A stretch of DNA of 63,495 bases, counting the filler, from Ministeria vibrans ATCC 50519 (taxonomy: Eukaryota > Protista > Filasterea): NCBI GenBank assembly GCA_943704425.1. It is 4 parts of 4 records of this genome, joined end to end, with 100 filler letters (N's around TTAATTAATTAA, not from the genome) between each part and the next. Parts side by side here need not be neighbours in the genome. Positions count along the whole stretch, not along the records: positions 1 to 23,138 come from CALSCP010002824.1; positions 23,239 to 54,033 come from CALSCP010000043.1; 2 more parts are not named here. One strand, 5' to 3'. Below the pieces are notes generated by a model that was given only the letters and a program-made list of their open reading frames with translations, was not told the DNA's origin and did not search any database. Position numbers and translations under genes: made by a program. Positions 13,962 through 24,937 of this stretch are shown here, one piece after another. Position 1 is the first letter of the stretch. Every line of letters begins with the position of its first letter.

Positions 13962-15118
13962 TTCGTTCGTTTAGTTTTTGGTGTGCGTGTATAGTATTTG
14001 TATGAATGCGTGTAATTTTCTGTGTCTTTTCGTACCACCCCAGAACCCTGAGCAAAGCAGTGGTGCGCCGGGCACAGTCCGTTGTTCAATCAGACCAAAC
14101 GCAAATTTTTTCTGGGAGAAGAATGAGGGTAGAATCAGTCACACCCCCAGGAGAGGAAGTATACGACGCTCTGTCTCTCTTTGTGTCTATATTTCCCTCG
14201 ATAAACTCGCTTACGGACGGGTTACGCTTAAAAGCGTACTTTTGGTTGTTGGCACCGCGAGCGAGGAGGTAGCCCGCAAGGAATACGGCACCAGCGAATG
14301 CGTTGAAGGCGACGGAGCGCTCGAGGGGCGTCGCCGCATCAATGGCTGCCGATGCGCCAATGGGGTAGAAGAAGGGGTAAAAAGCAAAGCAGCCAAAGAT
14401 AATTTTCCAGCCGAGCTTTTCGGCGAACAGATCGTAGGTGTAGAGGTGGATGTGCTCGTGCCAAAGATACTCACTGACCCAGAACACGAAGATGGATGTG
14501 TAGCAGACGCAGTTGAGCTCGAGTCCTTCGGGCGACGCCGCCTTGAGTGCCGCGTTACTCAACAGCACCAGGACCAGACCGATGGAACCAATGAGGTAGA
14601 GCCACATCTTGAAGTCAAAGGGGCCAACGAGCTGGGGATTGAACTCGAGACCCGAGTACACGTCAAAGAAGAAGAGACCCACCGAGCCAAGAGGAAAGCG
14701 CGCCCGGTCCACCGCCTGGAGATTGCTCTCGGGATGTACGCCATGCTGATCAACCGTAAGGCAGCGTCTCTCAGGCTCAAGCGTCCCTATGAAAAGGTAA
14801 ACGAAGAGGGAAGCGAACTGTGGATGATGTACCAGATAGAAAGAACAGCACAGACACAAGAGTGCCTAGGATCGAGGCGGCCATGGCACACTCAAGAGTG
14901 TGGCGAGCAAGCCAGGTGGGGTCGATGAGGCCGTGATTGGCAGCGACAGCAGCGAGAAAGACGCAGCAGACGAGAGTGGGAATGCCGTTGAGTCGGTAGC
15001 GCAGTGGCTGGCCGCGTCGGTTGCACACGTATCCAATGGTCTCGTTGGTGGGCCACACGACATGGACCAGTGTCACGACAGCGTATATTGAGGCAACGTA
15101 CGCAATATGTTCAATCAT
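13529..15118 (-). CDS. ERG4/ERG24/LBR-family sterol reductase (multi-exon)
   Basis: YRLNG, GLEFNP, DFKM, DLFAEKLGWK, RGANNQKYAFK, RHINYLGE and DDEMCRRKYG..W..YC.RVPYRI. Confidence 0.88.
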
Positions 15119-15207
15119 TGCGAAAATATGATCGTAAACAAACAAACAAAGAAGTGAAAGAACAAACAATTCATTCAACTCACAAGCTTTGCTTTCTCCG
15201 TATACCA

Positions 15208-15555
15208 ATGAGTCTTCTTGCGGTCACGATTGCATTTGGTGTGATGGGTGTGATGGGTCTGGTCGCCCCTGGATTTGTCGCGGGAGTGTTCGGCAGCAAG
15301 CTGACGGATGATGGCCGCAACGAGACGCGCGCTGTCTATGGCGGCTACGGCATCGCCGTGGCGCTTGCGCTCGACTTTGCCGGCAAGCACGAGCGCTTCC
15401 AGGCGGGGATCTACTTTGCGACGGCAGCGGCCCTGTTTGGCATGGCGTCGGGCCGGATTGTGTCGGTCGTCGTGGGCGACCGTCTTGGGAGTGCGCCCTT
15501 TGTCTTCTTCTTTGTCGAACTGGCTCTCGCCTGGGTGCTCTTTGACGCCATTTGA
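15208..15555 (+). CDS. Small four-TM membrane protein, DUF4345-like
   Basis: Hydrophobic segments with the RNETRAVYGG and GRIVS motifs. Intronless. Confidence 0.6.
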   Translation: MSLLAVTIAFGVMGVMGLVAPGFVAGVFGSKLTDDGRNETRAVYGGYGIAVALALDFAGKHERFQAGIYFATAAALFGMASGRIVSVVVGDRLGSAPFVFFFVELALAWVLFDAI

Positions 15556-15712
15556 ACTGCGTGTCCGTGTGTTGTGTATGTAGATGAAGAGTAATGGGGG
15601 TTTGTGTGTAAGTCCAAAGTACGAGATTCCTTCACTGCCGACGAATGGGCAATCGTGTGTAATTTGTGTATTGGGTTCCTTCAAAGGGAGGACCTTTGGA
15701 CTTGTCGGCATT

Positions 15713-16512
15713 TTAGATTCCTTCGAAGAGGGGAACTTTGGATTTGTCGGCAAAGTGCTTGAGGAAGGCGCCGAGACGCGGAGGAAAGACGATGCCCTTG
15801 ACGGACGAGAGGAGACGCAGATGCGAGAAGACAATCACATCGTCCATGGTGACCACATCGGCATTGCCGTTGACCGACAAGTCGCCTTTGAAGAGAGCCT
15901 CGACGCTTGCCAGATGCGGCGCCAGCTCAGCAAGGTGCTTGGGCGTGTCTGCGAGCGCCTCCTCAAACGAGCAGCCCAGGAACACCTCCTTCTTTGTCTT
16001 GAACAGCTCCGAGTCGGCGGCCGAAGGGAACTCGGCAAGCGCCATGGCGTGTGCTCGTGGCATGCACAGCAGCGAGCGAGGTTTGGTGAAGGAGCTCAGA
16101 AGTTTCTAAAACGAGAAAATAGGGTATGATTTGGTTGAGTGGAGCGAATAGAGACAGTCGGGCCACGAGCAGTCAGGCGTTGCACGTACGGGGATGTCGG
16201 CGTTCACCAGCGGCGCAACCTGGGGCCCGTCGCCCAGCGTGCTGTTGATGTGGTTGAAGATGTCCATACTCTCGCCGAACGCTGTGCCGTCGTCTCGCTC
16301 GAAAATGGGCGCCATCTTCGCATTGATAAGCTGCATGGAGAGGGGGGTACTGCGGTCAGTGGCATGCGGGAGGTGTAGAGGGCGACCTTCATGTGTTTGT
16401 CGATGTCCGCATACTGAATGTACGCGACGGACACTGGCGCGTTCTTCAGACCAACCGCGCAGCGCGCAAGATTGCAGAATGGGCAGTGGTCGTAGCAGTG
16501 GACAGTAGGCAT
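15713..16512 (-). CDS. grxB: Glutaredoxin 2 (GrxB type, GST fold), 3 exons
   Basis: YDHCPFC active site, KMAPI..DDG...GESMDI, LAEF and DDVIVF..LR. Two GT-AG introns. Confidence 0.85.
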
Positions 16513-16625
16513 CTTAAATTGTGTAAACTTTTGTAATTTGAAACAATTATTACTCGACTCTGTCTTGATTATTAAAATTTCGGAATTACTAATAATATTA
16601 TTATTAATTTTTGAAGAGTGTTTAA

Positions 16626-19600
16626 TCATTCAAGAAGGGCAGAAAGGATGTCGTGCAGCTTTTGAGCTGCGACTGTGTACTCATGAACTGGTCCGAGAGA
16701 CAACTCAAAAATGGCAAGAGCCTGTTTGGAGAGTTGGAAAGCACGCGGATAGTCTTTTTGATGCAGGAGAAGAAGAGCCATATTGTACAGGGATAGACCG
16801 ATAGACGGGTGCACAGGGCCGAACGAGTGCTCTTTGATGGTCAGAGCACGCTCATAGTACTCAAGAGCACGACTGTAGTCTCCTTGTGCCTCANNNNNNN
16901 NNNNNNNNNNNNNNNNNNNNNNNNNNNNNNNNNNNNNNNNNNNNNNNNNNNNNNNNNNNNNNNNNNNNNNNNNNNNNNNNNNNNNNNNNNNNNNNNNNNN
17001 NNNNNNNNNNNNNNNNNNNNNNNNNNNNNNNNNNNNNNNNNNNNNNNNNNNNNNNNNNNNNNNNNNNNNNNNNNNNNNNNNNNNNNNNNNNNNNNNNNNN
17101 NNNNNNNNNNNNNNNNNNNNNNNNNNNNNNNNNNNNNNNNNNNNNNNNNNNNNNNNNNNNNNNNNNNNNNNNNNNNNNNNNNNNNNNNNNNNNNNNNNNN
17201 NNNNNNNNNNNNNNNNNNNNNNNNNNNNNNNNNNNNNNNNNNNNNNNNNNNNNNNNNNNNNNNNNNNNNNNNNNNNNAGAGCCATGTTGTGCAATGTGGT
17301 GCCAGTATCAGCATGATCTTTGCCCAGCTTCGTCTCTCTAATCGTCAGTGCCTGCTGATACACCTCCAATGCTCGATAATAGACACTTTGACGCTGATAA
17401 GCATCGCCCAATGTTGCTAACGTGTTTGATGCAAGTACAGTCTCTTTGTCATGCACACACTCACACGCACACTTTGCAACACGCAGAGCCAACGCGTACT
17501 CTCCCAAATTCCTCCACGTGTCACTCAATCGGATTCCTAGCCACACCACACCATCGCCATACTCCTCCGTCTTGCCATCATTCCGCCTCCTCCCTACCTC
17601 AGCACATGCCCACCCCATCACTTGCATTCCATGCACTCCCACTCGTCGACTCCACTCCACATCTCCATACACCTTCGAGTCAGAATTAACCTCATCCTCT
17701 ATCACTCTCCCCACCCTCTGCAACTCACTCCACATCTCCTCCTCATCTCCAAATGCCACTACGCGACACACGTCCTGTACCAACTGATGCATCGACACCG
17801 CACTCCCGTTCACATCAACCACAGACAGTCGACACAACGCACCAAGTGCAACATCAAACGCATCCTCATCCGCCTCCTCCTTCTTCCTCTGCCCCACCAG
17901 CAATAATCGCAACACCTCCACTTCCATTCCACTCCCTTCCAGAAATCCCATTACTCCAACCATCTTTCGCACCATCTCCTTCCCTCCAATCTCCATCGCT
18001 CGTGCCAAACTCGGCTCGTACGTCGCCACAACTCGATCTTCCAATTGCAATCCTCCTCCCCAGTTCCTCTTCTTCAAAGCTTTCAATCTATCTGTCTCGA
18101 TCCGTGCGCGATACTCTCCGGCACTCACATGTGGAGTGGCTGCCAGATACGCTGTTGCCAAGTCAAGCGCCAAAGGCATTCCTCCCAACTTCTCAACAAT
18201 CGTCTTCAACTCCTCGTCTTCGCCTCCTCGCTTCGGCAGCCTCTTCCGCATGTACTCCATTCCCTCCTTCTCGTCAAACACACCCAGCTCCATCGGTGCA
18301 TCTCCTCCCTCAAACAACGCCCCCAACTCATCCACACTCCGCAATCGTGTTGTCACAATCATCTTCCCCTCCATCACGCCACCAGGCATCATCGTCTTCA
18401 TCTCATCTGTGATCACATCACATCCGTCTACCACCATCAGCCATCCTCGTTCGTGCGACAGCCACTCTTTTACGGCCGCCACCACCTCCTCTTCCTTTGC
18501 GTTGACAGCATCCACATGCTTCAGTGGAATGTACCGCACTGCCTCCCGATACGATCCCATCATCGTCGTCGCACTCGTTCCGTGCACCCAAATCACTGAG
18601 TGGTACGCATGCGCATTCCGTCGTGCATACTCCGCCGCCAGTGTGCTCTTGCCCACTCCGCCCGCAGCCGACACCGTCAGGTTCCCAATCGCCGCAGTCC
18701 CGCTCTGCATCAGTCGTGCCTCCAATTGCTCCAACTCCTTCTCGCGTCCCGTGAAACTCGCCGGCACAGCAGGCACCATTGCCAGCTTGTTGCGCTCCGT
18801 GTACTTCCCGTTGAACACCACGAACTCTCCCGTGTTGACATCCTCGCGCCACGGCAGTCGACCCAGCAGACACGTCTGTCGGAGATCGTAAAACTCGCTG
18901 AGGTTTGTCACCTCCGCCGACATCAACTCCGCCAGCTCCTCGTTGACACGGTCTGCCACGCACTTAACTGTCGCCCATCGCGCCGCGCCTTCCTTGTCTC
19001 GCGCAAACGCCCCACCATCGCCACCAGGCAGTAGCCATGCTCGTCGCAGCGCCATGTGCAGCACCGTGCCGCGCTCTAGGCAGAATGCTGGACTCCGACA
19101 CGGCGCGGCTGCCAGGCACTGGTACGACTCGTTCTGGACAAGCCCCTGCATCTCGGCCGTCTCCTCCGTCCCTCGATTACCCAACGACACCTTGGTCTCG
19201 TCAAATGCATCTGCTGACGAGCATGTGTCGAGCACGACGAGAACGTTGCGCCACACGCGTGTTGAGTCGACGCCCAAATCCTCTCGCAGTTGCTCCATCG
19301 TGTACGTCCCTTCGTACGTCGCGGGAACCGCATTGCCACTCGCATCGGTGTGTGCCAGTGCCGTGCATCGCGTATCGGCGAGCGTGGCGCCGTACGAGCC
19401 GTCGCTGGCGTTGAGGACGCCGTGCGAACAAATGTAGACGACCACTTGGTCCTGTGCGCCGGGACAATGGCCATCGAACATCGCTGCAAGCTCGCCCAGA
19501 GCCCTCTGGATGGCGTCGCGCGTCGCGTCCGTCTCAATCCACAGCAGGTCCTGCTTCTGGATGGCGTCCTTTGCAATTCTCGCGTATTTGTCTTCGTCAA

Positions 19601-19820
19601 CGGTTTTTTTGAAACCGGGCTGTGACAGCGCCATAGGCGTGTCTGCGAGCACGACCGCCTTAAACCCGTTGCGGACAAAGTCGACGGCGACATTGCGGAC
19701 CGTCGCCGCGACCCCTTCGAGCGTGACAAGGTCGAGAGTGTTTTTGTCGAATTTTGATCGTCCGACCACAAAAATGTATTTGTGGCCGGAAAACGTGGTG
19801 GTTTGTGAAGATGTTGCCAT
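16626..19820 (-). CDS. NLR-like STAND protein: caspase-like protease + NB-ARC + TPR
   Basis: His/Cys dyad motifs VYICSHG and VLDTCSS. NB-ARC motifs FTGRE, GGVGKSTLA (Walker A), WLMVVDG (Walker B), IVTTR, GGMPLAL and MHQLVQ. Kinesin-light-chain-type TPRs are interrupted by an N gap at 16894-17277. No introns are visible. Confidence 0.88.
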   Translation of the reverse strand: MATSSQTTTFSGHKYIFVVGRSKFDKNTLDLVTLEGVAATVRNVAVDFVRNGFKAVVLADTPMALSQPGFKKTVDEDKYARIAKDAIQKQDLLWIETDATRDAIQRALGELAAMFDGHCPGAQDQVVVYICSHGVLNASDGSYGATLADTRCTALAHTDASGNAVPATYEGTYTMEQLREDLGVDSTRVWRNVLVVLDTCSSADAFDETKVSLGNRGTEETAEMQGLVQNESYQCLAAAPCRSPAFCLERGTVLHMALRRAWLLPGGDGGAFARDKEGAARWATVKCVADRVNEELAELMSAEVTNLSEFYDLRQTCLLGRLPWREDVNTGEFVVFNGKYTERNKLAMVPAVPASFTGREKELEQLEARLMQSGTAAIGNLTVSAAGGVGKSTLAAEYARRNAHAYHSVIWVHGTSATTMMGSYREAVRYIPLKHVDAVNAKEEEVVAAVKEWLSHERGWLMVVDGCDVITDEMKTMMPGGVMEGKMIVTTRLRSVDELGALFEGGDAPMELGVFDEKEGMEYMRKRLPKRGGEDEELKTIVEKLGGMPLALDLATAYLAATPHVSAGEYRARIETDRLKALKKRNWGGGLQLEDRVVATYEPSLARAMEIGGKEMVRKMVGVMGFLEGSGMEVEVLRLLLVGQRKKEEADEDAFDVALGALCRLSVVDVNGSAVSMHQLVQDVCRVVAFGDEEEMWSELQRVGRVIEDEVNSDSKVYGDVEWSRRVGVHGMQVMGWACAEVGRRRNDGKTEEYGDGVVWLGIRLSDTWRNLGEYALALRVAKCACECVHDKETVLASNTLATLGDAYQRQSVYYRALEVYQQALTIRETKLGKDHADTGTTLHNMAXXXXXXXXXXXXXXXXXXXXXXXXXXXXXXXXXXXXXXXXXXXXXXXXXXXXXXXXXXXXXXXXXXXXXXXXXXXXXXXXXXXXXXXXXXXXXXXXXXXXXXXXXXXXXXXXXXXXXXXXXXXXXXXXXEAQGDYSRALEYYERALTIKEHSFGPVHPSIGLSLYNMALLLLHQKDYPRAFQLSKQALAIFELSLGPVHEYTVAAQKLHDILSALLE

Positions 19821-20287
19821 TGTAGAATGTAGAGTTGTAAAGATATCGTAAGCGAGGAGTAGAGTTACTGACGAAAATGAATTATTTATTATTTTAATCA
19901 GAATCGGAAGAGGAACAAGACATATTTTGCAATATTTTATATCAATCATACTAAATTCACAAGAAGAGTAAAACTCAAAACTGTTTTTCTCGTGAAACTC
20001 ATTGTAAGATTGTCAATTGTCATTACTCAATACTCTGTACTCATTCGTTTTAGGATGGTACAAAAGAACTAATAATAATAAAATTAATAATACTATAATT
20101 TATTACTTTTCATCATTATAATATTAAATTTTTTTGTTTGTTTTGACATTAAGTACAGCTCTCGATTCTCTATAGTTATATTTTCTTATTATTAATTAAT
20201 TTTATATACTAACAATAAACTTAATACTAATGCAACGTCAGTCGAGACGCACATGCGCTGGACCTCATACTAATCGTTATACACATT

Positions 20288-23032
20288 TTAGAGAGATTTT
20301 CCATCGTGCTCGTCTAAGACAAACTGTGCAAGTGCGTGTACGGCAATGGGCGAGTCGGGCTCAACGGCACACGCTCGATCGTGACTGCCGTCGGCCCATT
20401 TGCGTGCCCGGGATTTGGGAGCGGTAAGCGCACCCAGACAGTGAATGTGAAACTCAAGCTCAGGCGTTGTGGCGTCGTTGAGGAGCTGTTGGAAGACCTG
20501 ACCGGAGACGCAGTCAATGGCATGGAGAGCATTAGCGAACGCCTGGACTGTCGTCTCGTTTGCGCTCGCCCACGTGTACACCTTGTTGTGAAGGGACATG
20601 TCTTGAGCTACACGCACAATGCCGGACGCCACGCGCTCGACAGCGGTCAAGGAGACGGGTGCTTTGAGGATGGGTTCGGGGAGCGCGCGCACCGCGACAG
20701 CGACGCGCAACACAGTGTAGAGCCAGTCGCGTTGATTGGCGTGGCCCACCCCGGACAGAGCACACGGAGTAATGTGTCCGGGGCGATGGATTGTGCAGTC
20801 AAATCCAAGCCCCTGTGCCTGTACCACAAGTTTCTCGCACACCCACTTGGACAGGGCATACCCGCTGTCAACTCTGGGGCGGGTCTGTTCGGCAGGCGAT
20901 AGGTGGGAGTGTTCGACAGCAGATGTCGACGAGACATAGTGAAGTGACTTGCGACAGCCCGACGTACACAAATCGGCGAGCAGGTCACGCAGAGGTTGTA
21001 CGTTGGAGGGACGGAGACGCGCATACGTCATCGAGTGGTTGACGAGCGCTCCATTGTGGACAATCAGGGTGCAGCTACGCCGTAGCAGATTCCACCACTC
21101 GAGTGTGAGGCCAAGACGTTCGGCACGCAAATCTCCCACCACATACACAAGGGGAGGCAAAGACAAGGATGTCCCGGGACTAGTGAGAGTGGGCGCGTTG
21201 GCCGGACAAGAGCGGCAGTGGCACACAATTGTCGTGTCTGCGGCTCGATAGGCGCGCTGAAGGTGTAGGAGAATCTCGCGACCAAGGAAGCCGGTAGAGC
21301 CAGTGAGAAGAACCAGGTGCTTCTCGCTGGTCGGTAGCTCCAACTGGGCTGGGCGCAAGTGTGGGTCGAGATGCTCTTCGGTGTCCCAGTCGACAGATTT
21401 TTCAGTGGTGGATGTGACGGGAGAAGAAAGGGAGGTGTCGAGATCGGCGGGGTTCGCTTGAGTCGCATCGCCAAACATAATTTGATGCTGCAGCTGATAG
21501 AGTGTGACGGAACCGTCTACAAGCGACTTCCACGAGATGGTACCCATGTCAACGTTTGAAAGGGAGAGTGTCGAGGAGATCTGGAGGGCAGTGAATGAAT
21601 CGGCGCCATAGTCAGACCAGCGTCCCGAAAGCTGCGGCACGCCCTGTTTGTCGTAGGCACGAGGCGGAAGGCAAAGGGCGCGGGCAATCATTTGCAGCAG
21701 TTTTACGCGGGGAGAGTCGTGGTCTGTCGTCGTGGGCGTAGCATCATCATGATGGACGAGTGACTCGAGGGCAGTCTTGTAGCGACGTTCAAGGGCAGGA
21801 CGACACAGCTTGTGACTGACGGTGAGCAGACCGTTTACGTCAGTAAAGCGTTCGCGAGTGACGATCACGGCACGCGGCACTTTGTAGGCTTCGAGGGAGT
21901 TGTCAGCAGCAATGCGACGCATTTCTTCGAGAACACGCGCCTCAAGTTGAGCGGAGTCGGAGGTGGTAGTAGTGCAGCTGACGACAACGACGGCCATAAC
22001 ATAGTGGTGGGCGGACGAACCGTAGATGTAGACCTGATCGAGGAGGGACGACGCGCCCGCGTAGAGCGACTCGAGCTGCTGCGCCGAGACGAACTCACCC
22101 TGCGCCAGCTTGAAGATGTTCTTGATGCGATCGATGACGGAGTAGGTGCCGTTGGAGGCGTCAAAGGATCCAATGTCGCCCGTGCGAAAGTACCCGTCCG
22201 CCGTGAATGCCTCGCTGGTCACGTCACTGTTGCGGTAGTAGCCCGCAATCATGTGCTCGGTGCGCACGAGGATTTCGCCGCGCGCATGGGGCTTGTCGCT
22301 GGTGAGGTAACCCATATCGGGCACGTCCGCCAGCTTCACATCCGCGTCGGGTGACACATGACCGTCTGAGACTATAGAGCCTACTTCGGTGGCACCATAG
22401 CCATTGTAGACACTGACGTGGCGGAAGGTACGTTGCAGGAAAAGCAGGTCGGCGGGCGGTGTCTATATATAAAGTTTAGGGAGGGGGAGATGATATGAAT
22501 CTTTAATAGGAGGGAACAAATGCGTACTTGTGCTCCTCCGGTGATAATGGCGTGGAGTTTGGGGCCAAAGAGGGCACGCAGTTCCGACTGGGCGTGTTTC
22601 TCGGCCGCATCTAGGTCGGTGTCGCAAGAGGCGCCCGCAACAAGAGCGTCATAGTGGGTGCGCACGACGGCCCAAAAACGGGGTGTTGCGGCGACAATGG
22701 TGGGGTGAAGCATCCGCACGCTGTCGAGGATACGCTCGAGGGAGTCGGTAGCAAAGCCCACGCGCCCGCCACCGGCAAAGGTACGCAGAGTGTTGCGACG
22801 GTCCATGTTGTGTGCAAGGGGGAAAAAAGACATCCACGTCTCGGCACGCACCACGGACAGTGATGGCTTCAGCATGTCGAGGAACATACTCCGAAGAAAT
22901 ACGCACCCCTAAAGTGAAAGAGTAAAATTAATCTAATAATCATAAAAATAATTTAATAATAATTAAGAAGAAGAAGAATACAACCCATTTATATAATAAT
23001 AATAAATTATAGTAATAATAATAATAATAAAC

Positions 23033-23122
<90 letters not shown>

Positions 23123-23138
23123 TGCACCTTTGGCATGC
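20288..23138 (-). CDS. Carboxylic-acid-reductase-like protein (adenylation + carrier + thioester reductase), 5' truncated
   Basis: GMPKG, FPLAH, GYGATE, GYFRTGDIG, IDRIKNIFKLAQGEFV, carrier serine in GADS, LLTGSTGFLG, GYALSKW and IHRPG. Confidence 0.85.
23034..23121. repeat. (AAT)n intronic microsatellite
   Basis: Direct inspection. Confidence 0.9.
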
Positions 23139-23238
23139 NNNNNNNNNNNNNNNNNNNNNNNNNNNNNNNNNNNNNNNNNNNNTTAATTAATTAANNNNNN
23201 NNNNNNNNNNNNNNNNNNNNNNNNNNNNNNNNNNNNNN
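23139..23238. other. Artificial contig linker (44 N + TTAATTAATTAA + 44 N)
   Basis: Exactly 100 nt, containing a palindrome with stops in all six frames. The same structure recurs twice more in the window. Confidence 0.95.
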
Positions 23239-24232
23239 AGGCGACGTCGGTGGTGCCGGCCAGATGGAGCTGGGGCGCCGAGAGCAGCGTGTGATTGCGG
23301 GTGACACCAAAGGGGCCGTTCCACGAGGGGTCGCGCGGGATGATCTACACACAGTAAGAGACAGGCAAGGAAAAAAAAAAAAAGCTCACCTGGGCTTGCA
23401 AATGCTCGACAAAGAGAGGCTGCTCGTGCTTCTCGACGGCACTGGAGAAACGATAGGGCGTGCCGAGACCGCCCAGAGCCGAATCGGCGTCCTCAATGCC
23501 CGACCGCTGAATGCCGGCAATGCGCAGGCGCGAGTCGAGCTTTTCCTGCGACAGACCCGATAGAGCGACCGTCTCGGCTGCGAGAACAGGGTGAGAGACT
23601 AGACCGATTTGGGACTGGGACTAACTTTTCTCTTGCAGGAGCGTCTCCATTCCTGCTTGGATTTTATCGAGCGCCTTTTTGTTGTCTGTCGCCAGGTGAG
23701 ATGTGAGAATCGGAGAACATATTGAAAGAACTCACCTTCGAAGAGAAGAGCGGTAGCAGTCGAGCCTGCACAAAAAGAACAATTGAGTTCAGATACAAAG
23801 ACAAAGAAGTTTCTCACTTTTCGTCGAGTTCTCGTGATCAAACGCCAACTCTAAAAGGTTCAAAAGTCAGCGTGAGCAGTGGACAAACGTGTGAATCGAG
23901 ATGACGTACGAATTCCAATGTACAAAAGGCGAGTGTCAAACTGAGAGGGGTCGGCTACCGTTTCGAGGTCTTCGGTGATTCTCACAATGAATGTGTTTCG
24001 TCGATTACCGCCCGTCTCACTTTGAGAGTCGACAAACGCCGACCATATCTGCTCACCGCTCAAGTGATGACCAATGTTTGCTGCCCGTTCATCCCGATTG
24101 AATGGCGGCGCAGTGAGGCATGCAACAAGAGGTTCGCCAGTCGCCATCGTTTGAACTGTCCAAGACTGTGTCAGTTGGAATGAACCGACGTTCTTACTTA
24201 CGGTCACTGAAGGGCGTGCTACTAGCTGACAT
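23239..24232 (-). CDS. Multi-exon gene with a Crinkler-like / PD-(D/E)xK nuclease-like segment, 3' truncated
   Basis: Spliced reading MSASSTPFSD|QTMATGEP...|...YRFSSAVEKHEQPLFVEHLQAQ|IIPRDP...TLLSAPQLHLAGTTDVA. The GTTDV context resembles REase-fold domains of Crinkler effectors, recognised by eye only. Confidence 0.45.
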
Positions 24233-24937
24233 GGTCGTTTATTGCTACACAAAGGAAGGTGAAAATCAGTGCGTCCGATACGCGAACACGAAAGAGAGTC
24301 GAGTTCTCAACTTCTTTCAAGAAAAAGCAACGAATTCCAATTGAAAAGGCACAAAAAGCCGTGAGTAACAGACACATGAACGTCCACAACACATACATGA
24401 GAAACAATGAAACGAGACGAGTTGTGTAATGCAGTAGGAGAGGCGTCTTCAGGTTTTTCGTTTTTCTTTTTTTTGAAAGAGCGAGAGAGCGCGCAACGTT
24501 GCTTTGAGCGAGTCCCGAGCGCAGACACGTAACAAATACACACAAGATAGTCGCAGACACAAGACAAAGGGAGGGCAACGGAGAGAGCAACTCAAAATCT
24601 CCCACAAAGTCAAGGGCAAATAGTAAGACAGCGCGATGGATTGCTAGCGCTGCATCGGTGCCTTACCTATGGACGGTGGCAGCTGAAGTAGAGAAAACCA
24701 CAAAGAGAAGTTCAGAAGGTGAAAAAAGGTTGAGGCAGTTGACTCAGATCAAACAAGCGCAATCGCTCTCTCCAGCCCTATCTCCCTTCCCAGCCCTATC
24801 TCCCCTTCCCAGCGCGATCCCTCTGCCCAAATTCGAGCAGAGAAGGTCCTCCCCAGCCCTATCTCTCTCACTCGCTCATTCTCTGTAACAATACACTAGA
24901 TAGGCAAGAAAAAGAATAATACAAGAGAAAATAGTGT

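Noticed and set aside
23183-23194. TTAATTAATTAA as a piggyBac TTAA target site or regulatory palindrome
   Set aside because: It is embedded symmetrically in N runs three times, which marks it as an assembly spacer.
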